The notes under the pieces were generated by a model. It saw only the letters and a list, made by a program, of their open reading frames with translations, searched no databases and was not told the origin of the DNA. Shown here in pieces: positions 8,501 through 17,183 of a DNA stretch of 64,000 nucleotides. This DNA comes from Lysobacterales bacterium (GTDB lineage Bacteria > Pseudomonadota > Gammaproteobacteria > Xanthomonadales > SZUA-5), in contig JALHMH010000003.1 of NCBI GenBank assembly GCA_022844165.1, forward strand, positions 1 to 64,000, written 5' to 3'. The first letter of the stretch is position 1, and every line of letters begins with the position of its first letter. A program made the translations under genes and the position numbers.

Positions 8501-9914
8501 GGGTTCGCAGCGCTTCGTTGCCGCGCAACAGGATGCCGTGACGCCCATTGGCGAGAATCAGATTCAGGCGAACGCGCACATCAGGTACGGTGATCACCAT
8601 TCCATTGCCGCTGTTGCCGTATTGCAACTGGCCGAGCGGCGTGGAACCGGCGGGAAACGTGGCCAGGCCGACCACGTTGGCGAACACATCCACACCGCGG
8701 CTCGCCCCGCTGATCAGCATGCCGCCCGAGGTGTCGTTGGCGACGACATCAAGATCGGCGCCGCCGGCGTCGCTGAGGTTGTCGCTGATGGTATTCGCCG
8801 GGCCGATCAACGCGGCAAATCCGGTTGGGTTGTCCAGACCCGGATCGTTGGGGCCGTTCGGATGCGAATCGAGCGTGATGCCGTTCTCGGCGTTGCCGAC
8901 GCTGGTCGGCGCACTGCCGAGCCCGACGAGGTTGCCGGCCACGAAATTCGGCAACAGAACCGCGCCCGATTGCAGCGCAATGCCGCTTCCGTTATTGCCG
9001 CTCACGAGATTGCCGGGGCCGATGAAGTTACCCCAGGCCGTGCCTTGCAGACGAATGCCATCTTTGTTGCCCGCGCCGCGGCCGTTGGGCACCGCAGACA
9101 ATCCATCGGCGCTCAAGCCGACGATGTTGCCGACGATAAAGGTGTTCACCGTGCCCTGACCGGTCAGCAGAATGCCGACACCCTGGTTGCCCGACACCAC
9201 GTTGCCGCTGATGATCGTCGGATTGGCCACCACCGACAGCAACGATTGCAGCGCTGACGAGTACGCCGCGATCGCGCCAAACGTGGCCGGCGGATCGGCG
9301 ATCAAACCGTCGATATTGGGTGCGGATGCGGGCGGCACCACGCTTCCCGACACCAGGATGCCATCGCCGGTGTTGGCATCGCTCGCCGAGGACGCCGCGC
9401 TGGCGCCAGGGTTGGTGCCGATGCGATTGCCGCTCACCACATAACCGTTGCCCGCCAGCGAGAGGCCCGAACCTTGGCAGCGGCGCAGCACAAAATTGCG
9501 CACCGTGGAGTTGCGCGCGCCGTTGGGACTGACGGCGGTGGGGACATCGCGCAAATCAAAGCAGCCGTTCGCCAACGCACCGTCGATGACCATGCGCCCG
9601 CCGCTGGCAGTATTCGCCGGGTTGCTGCCATCGAAGGTTGTGCGGCTGGTCACCGTCGGCAAAGAGGCGCTGAGCACGATGGTTTGCACCGAGGCATCGA
9701 AGGTGACGGTGTGTGGGCCGGCCAGCGCGTTGCCTTGCAAAATCGCTGCGCGCAGTGTGCAGGTGGCCGCATTGGCGGGCGAGACCGTGCTGCAAACATT
9801 GTCGGCGGTGTTGCTATCGGCCCCCGAGCCGTTGCTGCGAACCACGAAGTTGGCTGCGGGCGCAGACCCGATGGTCGCGCCGAGCGCCAGAGCGAAGGCG
9901 TAGATGCGATGCAT
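5568..9914 (-). CDS. Large secreted/surface protein: CSLREA-like N-terminus, beta-helix, Ig-like repeats, C-terminal VFADGFE
   Basis: Signal peptide MHRIYAFALAL; CTLRAAI; GN-rich beta-helix repeats; three GSLPxGL Ig repeats; IDFG repeats. Confidence 0.85.
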   Translation of the reverse strand: MHRIYAFALALGATIGSAPAANFVVRSNGSGADSNTADNVCSTVSPANAATCTLRAAILQGNALAGPHTVTFDASVQTIVLSASLPTVTSRTTFDGSNPANTASGGRMVIDGALANGCFDLRDVPTAVSPNGARNSTVRNFVLRRCQGSGLSLAGNGYVVSGNRIGTNPGASAASSASDANTGDGILVSGSVVPPASAPNIDGLIADPPATFGAIAAYSSALQSLLSVVANPTIISGNVVSGNQGVGILLTGQGTVNTFIVGNIVGLSADGLSAVPNGRGAGNKDGIRLQGTAWGNFIGPGNLVSGNNGSGIALQSGAVLLPNFVAGNLVGLGSAPTSVGNAENGITLDSHPNGPNDPGLDNPTGFAALIGPANTISDNLSDAGGADLDVVANDTSGGMLISGASRGVDVFANVVGLATFPAGSTPLGQLQYGNSGNGMVITVPDVRVRLNLILANGRHGILLRGNEALRTQVQGNFIGVSPPTGLAPVIGLGNVGDGVHLFQASSSQIGGPAPNDINIIAGNGRNGVALRQGSAATGWANVIQRNAIYGNARGGSGIGIDLERVPNAPDGFNPNALPQNYANLDQIAPILCSGSPMPVECGAGAGPTFGGNGTSLRWTLPLRPVSPSRPLRIDFYELAADGAGMTHLGEQTVTLNTAGVAIGAGCVAGVCTATVGGSGDTSGKAMVATATDLLLVDVPPAGDQPPQPLSAANNTSEFSSPATVTRALEISTPPPLPPATLQAPYSLSFQAIGGSGTYIDWRIVGGSLPTGLTLAASGAVSGTPTVVDTFNFTVRVTDSDGTQATGGYAITVGALPALAIATPSPLPPATVGSAYSLGFQAVGGSGVYSGWGIANGSLPVGLSLSTSGILSGTPTSVGDVGFVVRVNDSASNIAYRQYTLKVVPVPVPLAIVNAPPLPGATERALYSVDFETTGGSGIVSGWSISAGAIPPGLALEAQSGVLSGRPQAVGSFTFTVRAIDSAGASASRSYTLSVAAAQAQAPQRFTVTPTRIDFGAVRVGRAVTLPVLVRNDSSAPFDPTIELLGDPVSLLSSAFSVDDGACTVPLAAGASCTLNLTFRPRLGAGATFAGLARVSATIGSAPTTLANVDLRGTGTGRLVDLGPARIDFGTQGVGTSTSVSIAIANPTTALLRLSGGALTSSVGFAGPVSSCGATLAAGASCSLVYRFEPSVAGRFASSSRLNFFEDSFFSDFSDSFDIGLLGVGAVGAQISSTRPVALDFGLVPVGKSATLLTATQNLSASNISVSGGNLPPSEVAWLRGPPCANPTTPGNSCLIDFSFLPRAAIRYALNSFLTVSQGAQSRQVMISLNGQGSGTLAQVTPTRIDLGRIPVDASNSASVTIVNTSDVTLTVNRSLATPFTLVGACPATLAPGASCTYAYRLAGDPSRVGLQTADARIRLSNEAAGYDQQASVELIGEVVDGVFADGFE

Positions 9915-10191
9915 TGCTTGGACTCCCGGTCGCAAGACGCGACTCTGGAGGCATGAATGCTGTCGAGAGCGCGAAGCGAACAGGGCGCAGCGAAAACCGA
10001 AGCGCGCGGGCCTGGCGGTTACCCCGACGCGGCGCTGAGCGGTCGTTGCAGCGACATCAGCCGTGCGCAAGTCGGTTTCGCGCATGTCCGTATTCGCTCG
10101 CTATGGATTGGGCGCTGTGCTTGATCCCTGCGCGAACGATCCCTGAATGCGCGACCGCGTCTTGCGCGAACTGCGCTTTGAATCGATGCTT

Positions 10192-10393
10192 TGATAGAGG
10201 CCTTGCTGGCCTTCGGCAACAGTGAGGTGGCGGGCTTGAGTCATGCGGCGATCATTGCGATGACCGCTGAGCTTGCCTGTAGGGCGTACGCTGAAAGTGG
10301 TGTCAGAATTTTCTGACAGCGAACGTGATCCGGGTCATTTCGCCGCTTCGCCAGGTGGCACGGGATTCCAATACCCATGGCGGCGAAGAGTGG
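10192..10393 (-). mobile_element. 5'-end fragment of the HUH element
   Basis: Near-identical to 1423-1625; holds the first about 17 codons from ATG 10244. Confidence 0.9.
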
Positions 10394-10458
10394 CTAGTAG
10401 ACAGTCCCGCGTAAGGTCGCGAGGAAACGCCCGGATTCGTCGTGCGGGCTAGCCCGGA

Positions 10459-11499
10459 CTAGCGCTCAAGGACGACCAGATCGTGCGTGTAAATGTAGCC
10501 GGGAATGACCTCGACTGAGGCGAAGTGTTTCTGCCAATGCCGATGGATGTAGTCGCTGTGATGGAAGACGTTCACGTATTCGTCGGGCTCTGGAACAAAA
10601 CCTTCGAGCTGGTTGTTGGCGCTCGCAACAAAGAACTGCTCGCGCTCCAGCCGAGCAACGGCTGCCTCGATCTCCGGCGCCGGGCGGCACCCGTACTCCA
10701 CTGCGGTCCGCCCGTGGACCGTGACGTAAGCGCGGCCACCCGGACGCAACAGACGACGAATCTCGGCGAGCCAGTGATTTTGCAAATCTTCTCGCAGATG
10801 CGTAAACACGGACACGCCATAGATGACGTCGAATTCGCCGCCAGCGAACTGTGTGGATTCGCGCAGCAGGATGGATTCATAGCGTCCAGGCAGATTCGTC
10901 GAACACCAACGCACGTTGTCGGCATCGATGTCGACGCCGGTGAATGCACCGAATGAATCGCAGGTATGTCGCGCAACGCGACCGCAGCCGACGCCCCAAT
11001 CGAGAACACGCAAATCCTCTAGCGCAGGGAAATCAGCCGCGATGAGCGCCAGCAATTTGTGAGCATCGGTACATCCGATGCGAAGGAAGCCGCTCAAATC
11101 GCGGTTGCCGATGACGCGAAAGCGTTGATCGGCGGAAGGTACGGCACGGTCTATCGCCGGTCCCGACAGCGGAACGAACGCGCTGTTGCGGGCGCGAGTC
11201 CGCGGCGTGTCGAAGCGCGAGGCGCAATGCAGCTCAAGCAACGAATCCGACAGATCAATCGGGTGTTCCAGATGAAACCCGCAAGACCGGGCGTTCTTGC
11301 GGCGCGCGAACAGCTCCGCGACATCGGGTCGATCCACAGCTTGCACAATATCGGGCGGCTTGCCGTTGATCGAAAAGCGCGATTCGATCGCGTTGTCGAT
11401 CTCTGGAAACACCCACCCGTCCGCATATAGCCGGCCATCGACGATGGCGAGCCCATCTATAGACCAGGGTTCGGCCTCAAGACGGTCGAAGCTTTGCAT
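10459..11499 (-). CDS. Class I SAM-dependent methyltransferase
   Basis: VLDWGVGCGRV, GVDID, FDVIYGVSVFTHL, LLRPGG. Confidence 0.88.
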   Translation of the reverse strand: MQSFDRLEAEPWSIDGLAIVDGRLYADGWVFPEIDNAIESRFSINGKPPDIVQAVDRPDVAELFARRKNARSCGFHLEHPIDLSDSLLELHCASRFDTPRTRARNSAFVPLSGPAIDRAVPSADQRFRVIGNRDLSGFLRIGCTDAHKLLALIAADFPALEDLRVLDWGVGCGRVARHTCDSFGAFTGVDIDADNVRWCSTNLPGRYESILLRESTQFAGGEFDVIYGVSVFTHLREDLQNHWLAEIRRLLRPGGRAYVTVHGRTAVEYGCRPAPEIEAAVARLEREQFFVASANNQLEGFVPEPDEYVNVFHHSDYIHRHWQKHFASVEVIPGYIYTHDLVVLER

Positions 11500-11607
11500 T
11501 AGATCGTTCCTCCGGTTGGCCTTGAAATAGCAGGCCGCACGAATGCGGCCTGCCAAAAAACGTCGACGCCCGGCGCCGATGGATATCGGCGCGGGAGTTG
11601 GACCAGA

Positions 11608-13806
11608 CTAATAGCACATCGTTCCGGTCCCGAGGCACAACAAAACGTCTCGCGCCCGTGCCCGAAGTAGCGGCGATTCGGTGGGCGAGATGTTTCCGCG
11701 CAGGCCAACCGGGCTGGTACATGACGGGCCGTAATTGCCGAAGCAAAGGTCGGAATAGAGGAACATCAGCAAACCATCGACGCGCGGCTGCGTTTGCGTC
11801 AGCGACTGGTAGTAGGACAATCGATTGCGCATCGTCGCAAGCTTTGGCGCCGGATTCACATCGTTTCCTCCGATCCAGCCTTCGGCGACCACGAAAAAGC
11901 GTGCCGACGGTTTCGATATCTGTTCCAACTTCGCAAAGAACTGCTGATCGGTGAATCCGTTGCACGCCGACAGTGACGGACTGCTGTAGTTAATGGGATA
12001 GCAGTTCACGGCAAGCAAGTCGTACATCAGCGGGTTCTGCACGAGCGTCTGGGTGCCCAGAGGGCCGTTTCCGGCGATGCGCGGACTCAAAACGCCACCG
12101 ATCTTGGTCGAACTGGAAGCGCCGGCAGGCCGGAACTTGCGAACCATGGTCTCGAAACTCGACATGTCGGCAGCCGTGATGCACTGATGCAAATCGGGTT
12201 CATCCACCGGAAGAACCGCCAGGATCTTGGCGTATTGCTGTGCCGTAAGTTGCGCCATCAGCGATGTCCACTTCTGCTGCGCGTTGTCCAGCACATCGAA
12301 ATGCAGACCCGGTTCGCTGATGGTATTGCCCTCGCCGCAGGTGTTGCACGGCCAGGTGCGGCAGCCGAACAGGAAATTCGTGGTGTCCAGAAGCAGCTTC
12401 TTGCCGGGCGGAAGCGAATCCAGAATTCCGGCCAAGTGCAGATCTGGGCGCTCCAGTTGGACGTACAGCGTATTGGTGTGTTCAAGCACCTCATTCGAAT
12501 AGTCGAGGTTCAATTCCATATCGCCTGGAAAACTGGGGTTCAGCGTCTTTCCTCGGAAGTAAGCCGTAAACTTCGGGCTCGGCACAGCGCGTGTTCCCGT
12601 GACAGTAACGCGCGCCAATTCTGCTGCGGAGGGATTCGAGGGCGGGCCACCGCGCAACGCGATCACGTAGGTACCCTCGGCGATCTGGCCGAAGGTAAGC
12701 GAATTGCTGAGGTTGTGGTCGATCCATTGACCTTGCAGCGTGGGACCGGACAGGATCCATACGGTTGCGTCGGAAACGCCTTGCGCGGACCACGTCAATT
12801 GCGTGGTGCAGTGCTGCGCTCCAACCGGGATAACGCAGGACGTAGGATTGGCGGTTAATGTCCCAGTCGCGGTCTGCTGCGGAATGCCTTGCAGGGTAAC
12901 GCGAGCGATCTCGGGCGCGTTGGGCTGCGCGGGCGAACCGGCGCGAAGAGCGAAGACATAGGTTCCTGCAGCTATGTCATAAATCGGAATCGAGTCGTTC
13001 TGGGCATAGTGAATCCAGGTACCGGCGCGTGTAGGACCGGAGACACCCCACAACGTGACCTCGGGATATCCAGAGGTCTGCCAATTCAAGTAAACCGAGC
13101 AATGCGTCTGGCCGCTCGGTATGGTGCAGTTTGCGGGCGTCGACCAGAGGCTTGCGCTGGTCTGAACTTGCCGAATGCCGGTGATCGACGTGCGGGCCAG
13201 TTCCGGCGCGTTCGGTTCGGCCGGGGAGCCTGCACGCAACACGAAAGTGTAGGTACCTTCGTGGATCCAGTAGATTGGAATGGTGTCCGCCACGGCAGTG
13301 TGAATCCAGAGCCCGGCATTCGTTGGACCCGACAGTACCCACAACGTCGCGCTGGCGGCGCCTTGCGTGCTCCAACTCAGAGACGAATTGCAGGTGTCGC
13401 TCCCTTGAGGAATCGTGCAAGTCGACGGACTGGCGCTGATCTGCCCGGTTGCGGCACCAGACGATCCTGGCAGGCCAGTCACCGACCGTCTGGCCAACAC
13501 CTTGCCGTTTGGCTGATTGGGTGCGCCGGCGCGTAGCACGAAAACCGTTGTTCCCTGGCGAATCCAAGGAATCAGCAGCGTCGCGCCAGGGGCGTGGTGC
13601 ACCCAGCTTCCCACGTTGATCGGGCCCGATTCGACCCACAGCGTGGCTGTAGTCGTCCCTGACGATGTCCACGTCACAGTCGTCGAGCACTGGCCTTCAG
13701 AACTAATGGTGCATGTTGATGGGCTGAAGCTCAGCGTTCCCGACTGCGCATGGGCAGAGGACGCCCAAGCAAAGAAAACGAACAAAAGTAGCGCTATTCG
13801 ATTCAC
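11608..13806 (-). CDS. Secreted protein with four about 96-aa repeats and a C-terminal putative glycoside-hydrolase-like domain
   Basis: Signal peptide; repeat SP..CTIP.G...C...L.W...G....TLW..SGP..G.WI; C-terminal VDEPDL. Confidence 0.75.
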   Translation of the reverse strand: MNRIALLLFVFFAWASSAHAQSGTLSFSPSTCTISSEGQCSTTVTWTSSGTTTATLWVESGPINVGSWVHHAPGATLLIPWIRQGTTVFVLRAGAPNQPNGKVLARRSVTGLPGSSGAATGQISASPSTCTIPQGSDTCNSSLSWSTQGAASATLWVLSGPTNAGLWIHTAVADTIPIYWIHEGTYTFVLRAGSPAEPNAPELARTSITGIRQVQTSASLWSTPANCTIPSGQTHCSVYLNWQTSGYPEVTLWGVSGPTRAGTWIHYAQNDSIPIYDIAAGTYVFALRAGSPAQPNAPEIARVTLQGIPQQTATGTLTANPTSCVIPVGAQHCTTQLTWSAQGVSDATVWILSGPTLQGQWIDHNLSNSLTFGQIAEGTYVIALRGGPPSNPSAAELARVTVTGTRAVPSPKFTAYFRGKTLNPSFPGDMELNLDYSNEVLEHTNTLYVQLERPDLHLAGILDSLPPGKKLLLDTTNFLFGCRTWPCNTCGEGNTISEPGLHFDVLDNAQQKWTSLMAQLTAQQYAKILAVLPVDEPDLHQCITAADMSSFETMVRKFRPAGASSSTKIGGVLSPRIAGNGPLGTQTLVQNPLMYDLLAVNCYPINYSSPSLSACNGFTDQQFFAKLEQISKPSARFFVVAEGWIGGNDVNPAPKLATMRNRLSYYQSLTQTQPRVDGLLMFLYSDLCFGNYGPSCTSPVGLRGNISPTESPLLRARARDVLLCLGTGTMCY

Positions 13807-13905
13807 AATGTTTCCATTGGTTATTGGCGTCCGGAGAGCATAGAAGCCCTCAGTCGAATAAATGCACGAGCCAGCATTTATTGCACGTGCGTTACAATCT
13901 GACCT

Positions 13906-13980
13906 TTAGGCCGAAATCGCCAACTGCTCGCGGTGATAGAGCCGAGAGGCCACGAACACCACGATCGTAAATGCCGAACG
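13906..13980 (-). pseudogene. Probable 3' remnant of an ABC permease gene
   Basis: AFTIVVFVASRLYHREQLAISA* resembles the C-terminus of NatB-like permeases (recalled, not searched). The upstream part is replaced by the stutter. Confidence 0.45.
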
Positions 13981-14099
13981 CTGCCGAACGCGGAGCCGAA
14001 CGAACGCGGACAAACGCGGACATCCCGAACGAACACGGAACGAACACGAACGCGGAACGCGAACGCGGAACGAACACGCGGAACGAACACGGACATCCA
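13973..14099. repeat. Long irregular GAACG/GAACACG/CGCGGA stutter
   Basis: About 120 bp of permuted short units ending in GGACATCCA (14091-14099), with a partial motif at 14018-14025. Confidence 0.92.
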
Positions 14100-14464
14100 G
14101 TTTTTGACTCTTCACGCGAACCAGTTAGACGTGCAAACGTTTAGACGTCTGGACACAAGATTCGAACCGGGATGTTTTTCGGCGCGCGATCAACGCCTCC
14201 AGACGCCAGCGGCGCTAAAAAAATCCCATGTGAGTATCTCAGCCGGTCACGAGGCTCCTGGCATAGCCGATGCCTTTGAGCCACTGTTGCTTCCACTGTG
14301 CGGCTTTGGCCTCGAGCGCTTCCGCGCTGGCAACCAAGCGCCAATAGCCAGAGCCGACGCCTTTGACGTGCGCGTTCCAGTAGTTGGCATCCAGTCCAAG
14401 CTCGCTCAGTGCCGTCGGCTCACGCTCATCGATCTTGCCGCGTTTGCCGGGCTTGAGTTGGCGG
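14091..14464 (-). mobile_element. 3'-end fragment of the HUH element, inverted relative to copy B
   Basis: Encodes RQLKPGKRGK...GIGYARSLVTG* (stop at 14239) plus the conserved 3' flank. Confidence 0.92.
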
Positions 14465-14525
14465 GCTCTTCGGGACACCCAGCAGCCGTCAGTAGGGGCT
14501 CTTCGGGACACCCAGCAGCCGTCAG
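14463..14525. repeat. 30-bp direct duplication of the copy B 5' end
   Basis: GGGCTCTTCGGGACACCCAGCAGCCGTCAG at 14463-14492 and 14496-14525. Confidence 0.95.
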
Positions 14526-15727
14526 AAAATTCCGACACCACTTTCAGCGTACGCCCTACAGACAAGCTCAGCGGTCATCGCGATGATCGCCGCATGACTC
14601 AAGCCCGCCGTCTCACCGTTGCCGAAGGCCAGCAAGCCTTCTATCACTGCGTTGCACGATGCGTGCGGCGCGCGTGGCTGTGCGGCATTGATCCGATCAC
14701 GGGCGTGGACTACGAGCACCGCAAGACGATGATCGCGGCGCGCATCGTGCAATTGGCCGGGATCTTTGCGGTCGATGTTTACAGCTACGCCGTGATGAGC
14801 AACCACTTGCACGTGGTGCTGTCGATTGAACCGGCCGCCTCGCGCGATTGGTCTGATGAGGAAGTTGCACGGCGCTGGGTGCAATTGTTCCCGGCGCGCG
14901 AGCCCGAGCAGAACGCGGTGAAAATCGCAGCGCTGTGCGCGGACAAAGCCGCACTTGAGGCTCGCCGCGATCGGCTCGCGGATCTGTCCTGGTTCATGCG
15001 CTGTCTCGACGAGCACATCGCGCGCAAGGCGAATGCCGAAGATGATGTGACGGGGCGCTTCTGGGAAGGCCGATTCAAATCTCAGTTGCTTGACGACGAA
15101 GCCGCGCTCGCCGCGGCGATGGCGTACGTCGACCTCAATCCGGTTCGAGCCGGGATCGCCGACTGCATCGAGAGCAGCGATCACACCAGCGTGCAGATGC
15201 GCGCCGAAGAACTGCGCAAAGATCCCGGCAAAGCGGACGAGCCGATCCAACCCATTGCCGGCGTTCGGCTTGGATTAGATATGTTGAAAGACAAAGCCTT
15301 CGCCAGACTGGCGATGAGCAATCGCCAGTACATTGAGCTGGTGGACTACACCGGCCGCCAACTCAGACCCGGCAAACGCGGCAAGATCGACGAGCGTGAG
15401 CCGACGGCACTGAGCAAGCTTGGCCTCAACACCAACTACTGGACCGCACACGTCAAAGGCGTCGGCTCTGGTTATTGGCGCTTCGTTGCGAGCGTGGAAG
15501 CACTCGAAGCCAAAGCGGCTGAGTGGAAGCGACAGTGGCTCAAGGGCATCGGATATGCCCGGCGTCTTGTGACGGGCTGAGAAACACACATGTGGACTTT
15601 TGGCGCCGCTGGCGTCTGGAGGCGTTGGCTGCGCGCCGAAAATCGCCACCATGGGAACCACCATTTCGTACGCCTAGACGTTTACGCGGCAAAAATCCTA
15701 AAGGACTGGAACGGAAAGTGGGTGTCC
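14506..15727 (+). mobile_element. HUH/RAYT-like element copy B
   Basis: Bounded by GGACACCCA (14506-14514) and TGGGTGTCC (15719-15727), a perfect 9-bp inverted pair. Confidence 0.85.
14594..15580 (+). CDS. HUH/Y1 transposase (RAYT / IS200-like), 328 aa
   Basis: Near-identical to copy A, with HUH and Tyr motifs intact. Confidence 0.92.
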   Translation: MTQARRLTVAEGQQAFYHCVARCVRRAWLCGIDPITGVDYEHRKTMIAARIVQLAGIFAVDVYSYAVMSNHLHVVLSIEPAASRDWSDEEVARRWVQLFPAREPEQNAVKIAALCADKAALEARRDRLADLSWFMRCLDEHIARKANAEDDVTGRFWEGRFKSQLLDDEAALAAAMAYVDLNPVRAGIADCIESSDHTSVQMRAEELRKDPGKADEPIQPIAGVRLGLDMLKDKAFARLAMSNRQYIELVDYTGRQLRPGKRGKIDEREPTALSKLGLNTNYWTAHVKGVGSGYWRFVASVEALEAKAAEWKRQWLKGIGYARRLVTG

Positions 15728-15736
15728 GCGGAACTT

Positions 15737-16600
15737 CTAGGAATTGTCCCAGTCCCGCGGCTCCGCGCCTTCGAGTAGCAGCAGCGTGATCACCCGGTCC
15801 CGGTCAGTGTAGGAATGCTTGAACTCCCGCAACTTCATGTGTGCGCCCTCCTCGGCGCACCAGATCGCCGCGGAGCACTCCACGCCATCGAAGCATTGCA
15901 CCACGCTGGCGTCTGCGGCCAGGGTGCCGGCGAACGGCTCTTGCGCGGAATCTGTTTGGCGGACTCGGGCGCGGGTCTTGAGGGCGTTGCGGCTGGCTCG
16001 CTGGTACTTGAGGAAGCCCTGATCCCAGTGGATCAAGATCGCGCGCTGGTCCGTGGCTTCGATGAAGCGCAGGCACAACGCTTCGAAGGAGACTTCGAAG
16101 GTGCGCGCGATCTCGCTCAGCAGGTGCAGCGTGACTTTGCGTTGATCGCCGAGGAAGCGCCGCAGCAGATCCATGGGCATGAGCAGGTTGCTGGCGAATT
16201 CGTTGGCCTCGCGTTCGATGTTGCGGCCATCGAACTGCCCTGAGGTGACACCGCTGTTGTCGCATTCGAAGCGGTCTTGCAGCGCACGGTGCAGGATGAA
16301 GTGGCCCAATTCGTGCGCGATGGTGAAGCGGCTGCGCTCGGGCGTCGCGTGTTCCTTGAAGAGGATGCCCCATTCGGCGGGATCGTCCGGGTTGCGGACC
16401 AGGCAGCCCTCGAAGGCGCTGATGTCGAGCGGCCTCGGTGGCTTGATCTCACGGACGCCCTTGCCGTACGGCGTTTCCGGAAGCATTTGGCCAAGCACAT
16501 CCAGATCGGTGGCTTCGGGCATGGTCGCGCCATGCCATAGGCGCAACCACTTCAGCGCGGTGGTGGCCGCTACGAAGGGGGTAAGGTCCTGCGCGTTCAC
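15737..16600 (-). CDS. ImmA/IrrE family metallopeptidase
   Basis: RFTIAHELGH; EREANEFASNLLMP; FEVSFEA. Confidence 0.9.
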   Translation of the reverse strand: MNAQDLTPFVAATTALKWLRLWHGATMPEATDLDVLGQMLPETPYGKGVREIKPPRPLDISAFEGCLVRNPDDPAEWGILFKEHATPERSRFTIAHELGHFILHRALQDRFECDNSGVTSGQFDGRNIEREANEFASNLLMPMDLLRRFLGDQRKVTLHLLSEIARTFEVSFEALCLRFIEATDQRAILIHWDQGFLKYQRASRNALKTRARVRQTDSAQEPFAGTLAADASVVQCFDGVECSAAIWCAEEGAHMKLREFKHSYTDRDRVITLLLLEGAEPRDWDNS

Positions 16601-16944
16601 GACTTCGGTTCACCCTCGCCGCGACCCGGGAACATCAGCTTGAGCGCCTGACGGTAGCGCTCCTTCTCCTCGTCGGTCATGCCAGCGTATTCGCGAAAGA
16701 ACGCGACGTCCTCGGGCTTGGCCTCGTGAGCCTCGCGGGGCGTTTCCTCCATCAGGTCCTCGACTGTGACGCCGAAGGTCTTGGCGAGGAGGAAGACGCG
16801 TTCGGCCGACGGTCGTTGGCCATCCTTCATCTCCAGTTCCCAGATGTAGCCGCGGGTGCAGCCGACCGCGTCAGCCACCTGCTGCAGGGTCATGCCTTTG
16901 GCTTCGCGTAGGCGCCGAAGCCGGGTTCCGAGTGTGGTTGCCAT
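16597..16944 (-). CDS. XRE-family HTH regulator
   Basis: LGTRLRRLREAKGMTLQQVADAVGCTRGYIWELE. Confidence 0.9.
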   Translation of the reverse strand: MATTLGTRLRRLREAKGMTLQQVADAVGCTRGYIWELEMKDGQRPSAERVFLLAKTFGVTVEDLMEETPREAHEAKPEDVAFFREYAGMTDEEKERYRQALKLMFPGRGEGEPKS

Positions 16945-16998
16945 CGGTCTGCTTCTACTGGACAGGCGTCTCAAGACGTGAGCCACGAAGTATAGCCA

Positions 16999-17076
16999 CG
17001 AGATACATGGACGGGGTGAAGCGCTCTCGATGATTGACAAGCGGAAATCCGGGTACTAGCCTTTCGCTGTATCTCG
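16999..17076 (+). promoter_or_regulatory. Putative sigma70 promoter flanked by a 9-bp inverted pair (candidate XRE operator half-sites)
   Basis: TTGACA (17034-17039), 17-nt spacer, TAGCCT (17057-17062); CGAGATACA (16999-17007) and TGTATCTCG (17068-17076). Confidence 0.5.
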
Positions 17077-17183
17077 CTACACGACAAACCAAGGGAGCAT
17101 TGCCTTCAAACACTGACACCCGTTGTGCCTGATCTCGTGCTGTCCAGCTCCCGACTGCCAGTCCTTTGAAGGAACTCCCCGCA

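Noticed and set aside
6915-9257. 780-aa plus-strand ORF and similar long antisense ORFs (38726, 35230, 62532, 45555)
   Set aside because: Shadows of GC-rich genes on the opposite strand with no recognisable motifs.
13973-14099. CRISPR array or simple microsatellite
   Set aside because: No constant repeat with unique spacers, no fixed period, and no cas genes in the window. The same applies to the stutters at 1629, 1867, 22116 and 31500.
14384-14593. N-terminal extension of transposase B
   Set aside because: Read-through of the inverted fragment and the 30-bp duplication; the other copies start at MTQAR.
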